62,168 nucleotides of DNA from Phyllobates terribilis (lineage: Eukaryota), in assembly GCF_046119375.1 (NCBI RefSeq), contig NW_027367086.1, positions 1 through 62,168 of the forward strand, given 5' to 3'. Below, piece by piece: positions 47,330 to 58,700 of this stretch. Position numbers and translations under genes: made by a program. Within the stretch, counting starts at the first letter, position 1. Each line of letters starts with the position of its first letter. Below the pieces are notes generated by a model. The model saw nothing but the letters and a program-made list of their open reading frames with translations. It did no database searches and was not told the DNA's origin.

Positions 47330-47510
47330 GACATACCAGTACACCATTCATGCTTATATCTCGGTGTACACTTTCTATGTGATCATTTGAAGCGCAAGAT
47401 CATCAAGCTTGACTATATATCTTCAGAAGGGCAAATAGCGAATATCCTACACAAGCGCTTGACCGATAGACTTTCTTAAACTTCCAGGTTCAATTCAATT
47501 TCGTGCAACT
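47330..47510 (+). pseudogene. RNase H C-terminal remnant
   Basis: VHFLCDHLKRKIIKLDYISSEGQIANILHKRL resembles Copia HFIRD.V....I.L.YV.TE.Q.ADI.TK.L. Confidence 0.75.
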
Positions 47511-48704
47511 CCATTAGCTTAAAGGCAATGGCACTGTAAGTATTCCTCTATTTGACTAGAACTAGCAAGCATGATATCAATGTTTGAACTTTAGTAGCAT
47601 GCGCTTAAATGATTAAATCATCTCATTCTGTGTAGTTGTTTATCAAACGGATTGCGCTTCTACGGTATCTTCCTAGTTTAGCTCGATTTGATATAATCTC
47701 AGTCATTGCATGCTCTTCATTGCCAAAAACGTGACAATGGTGATCGTCTTCTACCCATATTACATGCCTAAGAAATGATCCATTGCATAGGTGTCCCTAG
47801 CCTGACTAGATGTAACGCTTCTCTCGTCCTTTATTGAGCTCTACATTAGAGAAGTATTCATTTGGTGACAAAAAGCCTCAATTACCATGCTACATGTATA
47901 TGCACATACGATTACATATTACTTGAGTGATTGAATGCTGTAATGTCCCCAACTTGAAATGTGCATTTCCCGTTCATTTTACTATCTGCATAGTGGCTGG
48001 TAAGTTTGACACTGGACATCACATACATACACGAAGATAGTTACATTCGATATTGAGCTTCATCACTATCATATTCAAGCTTCTTGCCGTCGACCAAGAG
48101 CTTGTGGCTCAGAACCTTTCTCAGTTTGGTGATCATAAAGGTACTGTGGCTACGATTATCGCTGATTGTGCTTCATGCACAGGGCGAAGAGACTTCATCA
48201 AATCTCCCAAGAAGAAAGCACATCTAGAGACGTTGTTATGTACTTCTGGTAAGGGAAAAGGTTGCGCTTAAACATAAAAGTCGCCACCCCCTCCAGGTTT
48301 GTTGACCTTCATGTTTGTCTCAATGTGATACATTTGTCTCTCCCCTGCATCTCCCCACTCACAGAGCGGACCAACAAGAATCAGCGCATGTGATGAAGTT
48401 CTCTAGTTGATTAACGACTTTGTTGTTTGTGTGTGGTGGTTGCGCTTATAAAGCGTATTTGCTGGGCTTCTTACTCTCTACTATGTTTATTTGTATTCTG
48501 AACTAGTCTCCCTAGTATTCCGACCCTACTTTTGGCAGTTTGGAAATTACTAAGCATGCACTTGACTTTTATATCTCTGAGAGTCTTGCTAATGTGATAT
48601 TTTCTTTGCCTTCTCTGTTTGATTTTTTCACTATCTCAGTATTGTTTTGATCTTAACCTAGAGAAGCGCACCTGCTAACTTTCCGACTGTATGATTACGC
48701 TTGA

Positions 48705-48953
48705 ATTTTTTGATGATGTCAAAAGGGGGAAGAAAACAGGTACATCCTTCTTTGATTAAGGGGGAAGTTTGAGACCGTGCTTGAACTTAGGGGGAATTCG
48801 AAATCTGTCGATAAGGTACTTGGTAAGATACTTCGGCCTATTTCCGAATCTGTGTATATGATTAAATTGATGTTTGTTGTCTTCAATTTCATCACTAATG
48901 AAAGTATATGAGCTTACCTGTTATATAGTTTGTCATCATCAAAAAGGGGGAAA
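48705..48953 (+). other. Multiple polypurine tracts upstream of 3' LTR (Sirevirus signature)
   Basis: TGATGATGTCAAAAGGGGGAAG, TTAAGGGGGAAG, TTAGGGGGAA and proximal TGTCATCATCAAAAAGGGGGAAA. Confidence 0.85.
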
Positions 48954-48954
48954 T

Positions 48955-50173
48955 TGTTAGTTGAGCTTTGGTAGGAATATTAAAGCTCAATGTATTTCTC
49001 TGTGTTTTGATGATAACAAACTAATATGTTTAATCTCTTAGTGTTTTTAAGCCTTCCAGGTCATTGCCATACTTGTAAGGATGCGCTTAAGTCACTTAGA
49101 GATGCGCTTGACTGGTCACAGTCGCGCTTAACACCAAGCGGAGAAATCAAGTTTCGCAAAACGGTGTTTCAATAAATCCTGTCAACGTACAGATGTGAGT
49201 GTAGGCGTGCTTCTAAGCCATTGAAGATGCGCTTGAAGCAAAAAGGAGAAAGTTGATCACGAGGTTCCACTGAAGCTTAGGGTGTGCCAGAGCGCAGGAG
49301 AACAAATCTAGACGCTTCGAAGGCTGGTAAAGCGGGAGAGTGCAAGTTGCGTGCACAGGAAGGTGCGAGAAGAACTTTACACTCTTTGTGACGCTACTCC
49401 AGGGATCGCCAGCGTGGCAAGAGTTTGTTAGAGCTTAAAGCACACGGATTGCTTATGTGGCGTGGATCAACACATGGAGAACAAAACCAAATCACTCCAA
49501 GCCGTTGATTAATTCTGGTGAAGTGATCAAGGCACACGGATTGATGAGGTGGCTATTGCTTAGTCTTCTAGTTTGTTACAAGGAATTAAGCAAGGGTAGC
49601 TTAAGGTTTTTGTATAAATAGAGGACTATAGCATTCACTCTAGAAAAAGGGGATCAGAGGGATTTCGAAGCTGTAATACAAAGTGAGTAGTTCATAGGGA
49701 AAGCTAGGGGTGCTTAGATTGATTACTCAGGTTTGTATTCAGAGAGAGTGTAGAGCCATTTGTTCTTGAGCTGATTGGTTGTATTGTGAGGAGAAAGCTT
49801 ACAAGTGAGCTTCTCGTGTTGAAGCAAGAGATTGTAACCCTATTCAATCAATACAAAATTAGTGGTGAGTTTTATCCCGAGTCAATTAGTGGCTTAGGGT
49901 TCTCACCTTGGAAAAAACTCTTGTGTTGTGTGCAAATAGAAGTGCGCTTTAATAACTTAAAGCGCGCTTTATTGTCGTCTGACCACTTCCGCACTTAAAG
50001 GACATTAGTAAATTCATTACTAAGTGTCCTACATTGGTCAAGCGCATCTCAAGTATCGAAAGCGCAATTCAATACTAGTGAAGCGCATCTAAGGCTTAAT
50101 GAACCTTAGAGACAAAAGACAATAGCTGATCAAAACACGTATTTTCTACTTTGGTAACGTGTTATTTTCAACA
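48955..50173 (+). repeat. 3' LTR (1219 bp)
   Basis: Differs from the 5' LTR by one extra A in an A-run and C44402 vs G49314, among the differences seen by eye. Confidence 0.97.
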
Positions 50174-52424
50174 CAGCGCGTAGAAGATTCAGGCGCAGTG
50201 AAGGAAAGGACGAGAAGCTAACACTAGTACAAAATGGTCCATAGAAAACGCCTTATAGAAAACGGTTCAAAAAATAGTGTTATCTAAATGCATTTTTTAT
50301 GACCTTTACAACACGGATAACGGTTTTTTACATAACCGTTGTATATGTTATGGGTTTTAGAACAAAGGACAACGGTTATAGTCACAACCGTTGTCGTAGC
50401 TACAAATAACACGGATCACGGTTTATCATAACCGTTGTGGTTGATAAAAAAATTCCATAAAATCTAAAACAACACATGTAAAACCGTCATCATAATAATA
50501 GTGGTTAAAAGATATTTTTTATGTTGATTTAAAATAAATGTCATATGTTGAAGATACGCAGTTTGGATATCTATGAGATACGTATGAGCTTCCTCTCACA
50601 ATCCTGATTTTCTTCACCTCTCACCATCCTCAATCTTCGTCCGTTCAGTTCATCATCCTGATTCTGCTTCAGTTCATCATCATCTTCGTTCGTCTCTCAT
50701 CAGAATTCATTGCGGTTAGTATTCTTCTTCACTTTGTCATCAGACTCTTGTTCTTTCTCTCTGTTGCGTTTTTTCTTGCTTCAGTTCATATAATCTATGT
50801 TGTCTCGTCTATTCATCATAACACTTCTCACTTCTCAAAATTCACTGCGGTTAAAACTTAAGGCAATTGTTATACTTAACACTTCTCACAATTCACTGTG
50901 GTTGGTTCATCATCAGATTGTTGTTCTGTCTCGTTTGCTTCAGATTGTTGACTGATGTATTGATACTCTTATTATAGCAAGTTCCTTCATCAAGTTTATA
51001 AATTGTAGAGTAGATGGAATTTGAGAATCACAGTATACTGCTGAATTATATTATCCTCCTCTACTTATTCCATTAATCTCTCTATTGTTGGAGGATATAC
51101 TTGTTGCTATTACCCTGTTTTTGGATTGTCGATTGATATAAACAAGAAAGTCACTCTTTTTTAATGTCTTTGTACGATTAGAACATTGTATACTAAGAAA
51201 CAATAAGCCTAGCTCCATCATCAGAGAAGTGTTAAGTATAAAAAATTAAAGGTTGACTGATGTATTGTTAAAAAATTAAGCTTTAATTTTTTAGACACGA
51301 TGAAGCGTTAATTTTTTTTCTGTTGATTGATGTATTGCTACTCTTTTTGAATGTCTCTTATTGAAGTACTGTTAATCTTGAGTTGCCTTAACTACAACCT
51401 ATAACTTTTTAACAGTACTTCAATAAGGCAACTATATTATACTTAACACTTCTCTGATGATGAAAAATTAAAGGTTGTAGTTAAGGAAACTATAAGTAGC
51501 AATACATCCCACCAACTCGTTCATCAATCTGTGTTTGTTCAGCTGCTCCACAGCTTCTTCAATCTGAAGCATACGAGAAAGTCACTCTTTTTGAATGTCT
51601 CTTATTGAAGTAGTGTTAAAAAATTAATGGTTGTAGTGACTATATAGTTGCCTCAAAACAAACCTTTAATTTTTTCTGTTGACTGATGTATTGCTACTCT
51701 AAGTATAGACTGAATTTTATGTTGACTAATGTCTAGGCTTCTTCAATTTCTCAGATTGTTGTTCTGTCTTGTATGCTTCATATTGTTGTTCATCCACAAC
51801 TTCTTCAATTTGTCCTGATTTTCTCGTATGCTTCAGATTGTTTTTCTGTTGACTGATGTATTGCTACTCTAAGTATAGACTGAATTTTATGTTGACTGAT
51901 GTCTAGGCTTTTTCATTTTCTCAGATTGTTGTGTTGTCTCGTATGTTTCAGATTGTTGTTCATCATCAGAGAACTGTTATAAATACTCAATCCACAACTT
52001 CTTCAATTTGTCCTGATTTTATGTCTCTTATTGAAGTACTATTTGTTTGATCTCATATTTCCTACATCATTTTTCAGCTTCAGTTCATCATCCTTGTTGT
52101 TTCTGTCTCTCAGAACAATTCAGTACCTTGCCAACATTAGTGATCTGTTCTCAAATTTGTTCATCATCGGTAAACAAGGTACGACTTCGTCTCTCTGCAT
52201 TAGTGATCTTTATAAGTGAATTGTTCTGCATCAGTACCTTGCCAACATCAGTAAACAATCAGTTCATATCATTGGAGTCCTTTCATTTTCTTTACTTAAA
52301 TCAAGTGAGATCAGTAACTTGCCAACATCAGTAAATTGCCAACATCAGTAGTTAGGGGCTGAAATCTTCCCTCTTTGATCTTATTCAGGGTCTGTTCTTC
52401 TCTTACGTAAAATACTAGTATATA

Positions 52425-55400
52425 ATGGATCGAATTTGGATGCGTGCAATTCGTACTTCACAAGAGTATGAAGATGGAGTGGAAGAGTTTATCAAGTTTG
52501 TTGTCCAACATTCTAAAAATTCTAGAAAATTACCTTGCCCATGTTTACGATGTTGTCATGTGGAAAGAGTAAATCCCAATGATTTAAGAGATCACTTGAT
52601 TATGAATGGAATAGATAGGTCTTACACACGATGGATTTGGCATGGTGAGAAAGATGTCACTTCAAATCAATCTGATTGTGAAGATTATGCAGATGACAGT
52701 AATGAATGTGATAGATTAGATGACGTGACAAATGTTATCAAAGAACATTTTGTAGGTAAGACTGAAGTGTTTGATGAGCTACTGAGTGATGCAGAAACGC
52801 CTCTATATGAAAACTGTACTGACTTCACAAGACTATCAACTGTCTTTAAGTTGTACAATCTGAAAGCCGCTTATGGATGGAGTAACAAGAGTTTCACCGC
52901 ATTACTTGAGCTTTTAAAGGACATGCTTCCAAAAGACAATGTACTTCCTGATCGTACATATGAAGCGAGAAAGATGTTGCGCGCAGTGAGTATGGATTAT
53001 GAGAGAATACATGCATGTCGAAAATGATTGTGTTCTGTATCGGAATGAATATGAAAATCATCAGAAATGTCCAAATAGTTATTGTGGTGAACCGCGATTC
53101 AAGAGAGAAGGAGTTCCGTACAAGGTTGTATGGTATTTCCCGATAGTGCCCAGAATCAAGCAATTGTTTAGCAATGCAGAAGATGCAAAAAGATTGAGAT
53201 GACATTCAGATGAAAAAGTTTCTGATGGGAAATTGAGGCATCCAGCTGATTCTCCTCAGTGGAAGATGATTGACAATTTATATCCAGATTTTGGGTCTGA
53301 AGCTAGAAACTTGCGTCTTGCTCTTGCCATTGATGGAATGAACCCATATGGCAATCTTAGTAGCATTCATAGTACATGGCTTGTTATTCTAATGGTATAT
53401 AATCTCTCCCCGTCTTTTTGTATGAAGAGGAAATACATGATGTTGTGTATACTGATTTCAGGCCCAAGACAACCAGGAAACGATATAGATGTTTATTTGG
53501 CTCCTCTTATAGATGATCTAAAGTTGTTGTGGAATTGTGGAGTTGAGGTTTTTGATGCCAATCGTCAAGAGACTTTTACACTTCGAGCAATGATTTTTTG
53601 CACAATTAACGAATTTCCAGCCTACGGTAATTTGTCTGGTTGTAGTACTAAAGGAAAGAAAGCGTGTCCTATTTGCGGAGAAGATACAACCCATAGCTGG
53701 TTGAAATGCTATAAGAAGACAGTTTACCTCAGACATCATCGGTTTCTAAGCAGTTCTCACCGTTTTCGCAATATTAAGAAAGCCTTCAACGGAAAGACTG
53801 AAAAGAGCCCCCCTCCTATACCATTAAGTGGCAAAGAAGCATATGAAAAGGTGAAGGATTTGAGTACCAGATTTGGGAAAAAGAGCTCTCCTCCTAATTC
53901 GAAAGATGTTTGGAAGAAGAAGTCAATATTTTTTGATCTTCCATATTAGAAAGACTTGTATGTGAGAAATTGCCTTGATGTTATGCACATAGAAAAGAAT
54001 GTGTTTGATAGTGTTGTTGGTACACTACTGAATTTCAAAGGAAAAACAAAAGACGGTCTCAAGGCTAGAGAGGACTTGGTTGATATGAAGATCAGACCAG
54101 AATTAGCAACACAAAAGATTGGAGACACCACTTATTTGCCACCTGCTTGTTATACATTTTCTAGAAAGGAGAAAAAGGATTTCTGTCAGCTTTTTCGTGA
54201 TATAAAGGTCGAGTCCGGGTATTCTTTGAATATAAGTAATCTAGTGTCTGGTGATGGGTTGAAGTTAGTTGGCTTGAAAACGCACGATTGTCACGTAATA
54301 ATGCAGGATTTGTTGCCTATAGCTTTGCGTGCCGTTCTTCCAAAGCATGTTCGGTATGCCATCATTAGACTATGTTTATTTTTCAAGAAAATTTATGCCA
54401 AGGTCATTGATTCTGATGAGTTGAGTTCGCTGCAGATGGAGATTGTCATGGTGTTGTGTGAGTTAGAGATGTATTTTCCTCTCTCCTTTTTTGATATAAT
54501 GGTTCATTTGACTATTCATTTAGTTAGAGAGATTAGACTATGTGGTCCCCCACACTTCAGATGGATGTATGGTGTTGAAAGGAATATGAAAGTACTAAAA
54601 GGGTATGTCAACAATGGAAATCGACCTGAAGGTTGCATAGTTGAGAGATACATTGTTAAAGAAGCGGTTGAGTTTTGCTCAGAGTTCTTATCAGGGGCTG
54701 CTAGTATTGGCATTCCGAGATCCATACATGACGAAAAAGATGGGATTGACACAAACAAGGGACAAATTATAAGTATATTAGTTGATCAGAGACTTAAGGC
54801 TCATTTGCATGTACTTTATAACCATGATGAAGTACAACCGTACATAGAGGAGCACTTGGCACTCATGAGAAGCCAAAATCCATCTTGCAGAACCGATAAA
54901 TGGGTGAGGAATGAACATAATCGATCATTTTCCAGCTGGCTGCAGAAACACATTCTTAACCGAATGGATCAATTATCGGGTACTACATCTGAAACTTTGA
55001 AGTGGTTGTCTCAAGGGCCAAGTTCAGAAGTGAGAAGTTTCACAAGATGTGTAATAAATGGTTATACCTTCTACACAGAGGAACAAGATGATAAGAGTCC
55101 ATCGCAGAATAGTGGTGTGACTTTGGTGGCTGAAGCGATGCATATAGCCAGTGCAAAGGACAGAAAACCTGTGTATGCAAACATGGCGTATTTTGGTGTG
55201 ATCGAACATATATGGGAGTTAGATTATGTGTCGTTTAAAGCTTGTGTTTTTGGATGCAAATGGGTTGACAATAATGGTGGAGTAAAAGTTGATGGTTTAG
55301 GCTTTACTGTAGTTGATCTTAATAAGCAAAGCAAAGCAAGTTTTCTATGTCACTGATCCGTTGGATAAGAGGTGGTCAGTTGCCGTTTCAGGAAAAGAGA

Positions 55401-55594
55401 GAAATATGGAGGAGTATAATGAAAGAGATCAGATTTGGGAAAATATTGCCAATGCTAAAATTCCTGCAGCAAATGTATCAGTTGATGACAATGTAAATTG
55501 GGAGGAGATTTATGCACGTGAAGATCATAATGAAGGGATATGGATAGAGAAAAATAAACAAGCTTCTAAGAGAAAAAGGAAACGTAAATCTTAA
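52425..55594 (+). pseudogene. CACTA Tnp2/TnpD transposase, disrupted
   Basis: CPCLRC..LRDHLI..G, LYNLKA..GWSNKSFT.LL, MRHPADSPQWK, RNLRLALAIDG.NPYG, LISGPRQPGNDIDVYL.PL, LDVMHIEKNVFD, LKTHDCH, FFDIMVHL..HL, RWMY..ER. Frameshift at ~53020, stops at 53200 and 53947, frameshift/deletion at ~55330. Confidence 0.93.
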
Positions 55595-55709
55595 AGAGGA
55601 AACTTAGTTGTTTATTCTCATAAAGGTTAATTTCTGTATTCTATTAATTGTAATGTTTTTCCTTTGTTTTCAATGTATTAACTTCAGTTTTCTATTTTAT
55701 TATTTGTAG

Positions 55710-58700
55710 ATGGCTTCTTCGTCAGATAAATCTCATGGTAACAATAGTGACAGCGAAGAATTTAAATCAACGAAGAGAGGTGTTAAGAAGATGAAATCAG
55801 TTACAAGGATGAAGGACAATGGTAAAAAGTATGATATACAGTGGAGTCGAAAAGGCCAACCTAAAGGAAACAACCGTACAACACTAATGAGCTACATTGG
55901 TCATTGTACTCGACTTAGAGTTCCAATTTCTTATCAATCCTGGAAAAAGTGCCTCAAGAGATAAAGAACATGGTAGCTGAACAAGTCATGGTAATTACAA
56001 ATTCAGTTTTATGCTTCATAAATTGAGTCTTACTGTATTGCTTCACATATTAATAAATTGCACAACTCATATACATATTTTTCTTATAGGGAGCATTTGA
56101 AATACCTGTTTCGAGGACTTAAATGGATCCTAAGAATAGCTTCAGACAGATTTAGAGAATTCAAGTGTAGATTGGGAAAAAAATTCATGTACAACAATGA
56201 TGGTGAGTTGTGTACCGAACCACCTGGTGTCTATGAATCTATTGATCAAGATGTATGGACCGAGTTTATTAATCAACGACAGTCTAAAGATTTCCGGGTA
56301 TAAGATTTATTAACTCTACATTTCCAATCATATTATATGTAATAACTTTTAACAATCATGTTGAGCAGGAGCTTAGTGAAAAGAATAGTGGATTTGCAAG
56401 GAGAAACAAATATCCATTCAGGGGTTCTCGGAAGGGTTATGTTGGGATTGAGGAGGAAATGGTATGTTTTTAGTTCTATATACTGTTGACTATTTTACAT
56501 TAATTATTAGACGCTATTTTGATACTCATATTAATGAATATTACAGATTGAAGAGAGAAACTTGGACCCGTCTACAGAAATTCCTCGATGTGAATTATGG
56601 AAAAGAGCACGGGTAGATATTGATGGTCAAATTCACACACCGAGTATTAAGCACGTTGCTGATAAAATTGTAAGTCTGAACTTACTGTTATTGCATCAGT
56701 ACAGAACTGGTCTTAGATAATGCATGGTTATTAGCAAGTACAAAACTGATCTTAGATAATTACTGTTATTGCATCAGCCTGAACTTACTGTCTGGACTTG
56801 AGTTGTTCAACACTTACTGAACTGATCTTAGATACTTTAGTATATATTCTGTTGGATTTGCGTTGAACTGATCTGATCTAGATAATTCAGTATAAAGAAC
56901 ATGATTTGAACTTCAGTATTGAGAGCGGTACTGATATAAACTGATCTTGATCTGAACTATATTATATTCTGTTGGATTTGAGAAACTTCAGTATATATTA
57001 TATTCTCTTACTAAATTGGGCATGATCTGAACTTCAGTATTGAGAGCGGTACTGATATGAACTGATCTAGATATGAACTGATATATTCTGAACTATATCA
57101 TATTTGAGAAACTTCAATATATATTTTGAACTTATATATTCTGAACTGATATGTACTGATATGAACTTCAGTATATACTATATTCGTGCCCAATCATATT
57201 GCGTAGACAATAATTCAGGAAGGAACCAGAACCTGAATTGTAGCCACACCGGGTTTTTTTCGTGCCCAATCATTTTTTCGCTTCATATGTAGAACCAGAA
57301 TATGTTATATTTGAGAAACTTCAGTATAAGTTCTGAACTGAATATTCTGAACTGATATATACTGATATGAACTTCAGTATATATTATATTTGTGCCCAAT
57401 CATACTGCGTAGACAATAATTCAGGAAGGAACCAGAACCTGAATTGTAGCCACACCGGTTTTTTTCCGTGCCCAATCATTTTTTCGCTTCATATGTAGAA
57501 CCAGAATATATTATATTTGAGAAACTTCAGTATATATTCTGAACTGATATAAACTTCAGTATATATGATATTCGTGCCCAATCATACTGCGTAGACAATA
57601 ATTCAGGAAGGAACCAGAACCTGAATTGTAGCCACACCGGGTTTTTTTCGTGCCCAATCATTTTTTCGCTTCATATGTAGAACCAGAATATATTATATTT
57701 GAGAAACTTCAGTATATATTCTGAACTGATATACTGATATGAACTTCAGTATATATTATATTCGTGCCCAATCATACTGATATGAACTTCAATATATATT
57801 ATACTACGTAGACAATAATTGAGAAACTTCAGTATATATTCTGAACTATATTATATCAGTTCATAAACTTCAGTATATATTCTGAACTATATATTATATT
57901 CCGAACTATATTCTAAACTATATTAATCAGGTTCAGCCTCATGTGCACTTTGGTTTGTCTCTCTTTCTGGAAAATTTTGAATAACTTCTCTTCTACTTCA
58001 AATTCTCGCTTTGACTCTCTTGACTAGGATCTTCTCACTGTAGTACGCATCCATGGACCAAACTAGGGTTCGCTATGCACCTCTTCCTCTCCTGGTGCTC
58101 ACAACATTTTTTCGTGCCCAATCATACTGCGTAGACAATAATTCAAGTTGGAACCAGAACCTGAATTGTAGCCACACTGGGTTTTTTTCGTGCCCAATCA
58201 TTTTTTCGCTTCATATGTAGAACCAGAATATATTATATTTGAGAAACTTCAGTATATATTCTGAACTATATTATATCAGTTCATAAACTTCAGTATATAT
58301 TATATTTGAGAAACTTCAGTATATATTCTGAACTATATTCTGAACTATATATTATATTCTGAACTATATTCTGAACTATGTTATATTCTGAACTATATAT
58401 TCTGAACTATATTATATTACACTTGCATATGTACATAGCTCTTTATTCCTTGTACATAACTCTTTATTTACACAGGATGAGATAAATGAGAAAGTTTCCT
58501 CTGGCCAACTCAAATTTCATGGAAGACAAGATGCTTTATCAATGGCCTTAGATAGGGATGACCATCCAGGTCGTGTTTTAGGTGTCGGTCAAGGAGTGAC
58601 AATTAAACAACATTGGAAATCGCCACACAATCAATACATAGGAGAGTCTTCTCAAGCTATTGAAGTGAAGCAACTTACCGCTGAAGTGGTACTTTTGAGA

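Larger units (their letters stand above)
44044..50173 (+). mobile_element. Young non-autonomous gag-only Copia (Sirevirus-like, TR-GAG-type) LTR retrotransposon, 6130 bp
   Basis: TG..CA LTRs at 44044-45261 and 48955-50173, TSD CAGCG at 44039-44043 and 50174-50178, PBS, multiple PPTs, intact gag, no PR/IN/RT. Confidence 0.95.
43590..50221 (+). mobile_element. 3' end of an old Sirevirus-like element (same family as 1236-8060): pre-LTR, PPT and partial LTR at ~43590-44043, resuming at 50179-50221
   Basis: Aligns by eye to the reverse complement of ~2015-2530, e.g. AGCTTAAACGTTTCACTTGTTTTGATGATG vs AGCTCAAACGTTCCGCTTGTTTTTATGAT, ATAGCTCGAGGAGTT, TTTGACACAAG, and after the insertion AGTGAAGGAAAGGACG..AGCTA vs AGTGAAGGGAAGACTG..AGCTA. 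Confidence 0.75.

Noticed and set aside
57050-58430. Repeat-spacer look with hairpins (CRISPR-like)
   Set aside because: Units are long, near-identical throughout, with no unique spacers; the context is a eukaryotic TE intron and there are no cas genes.
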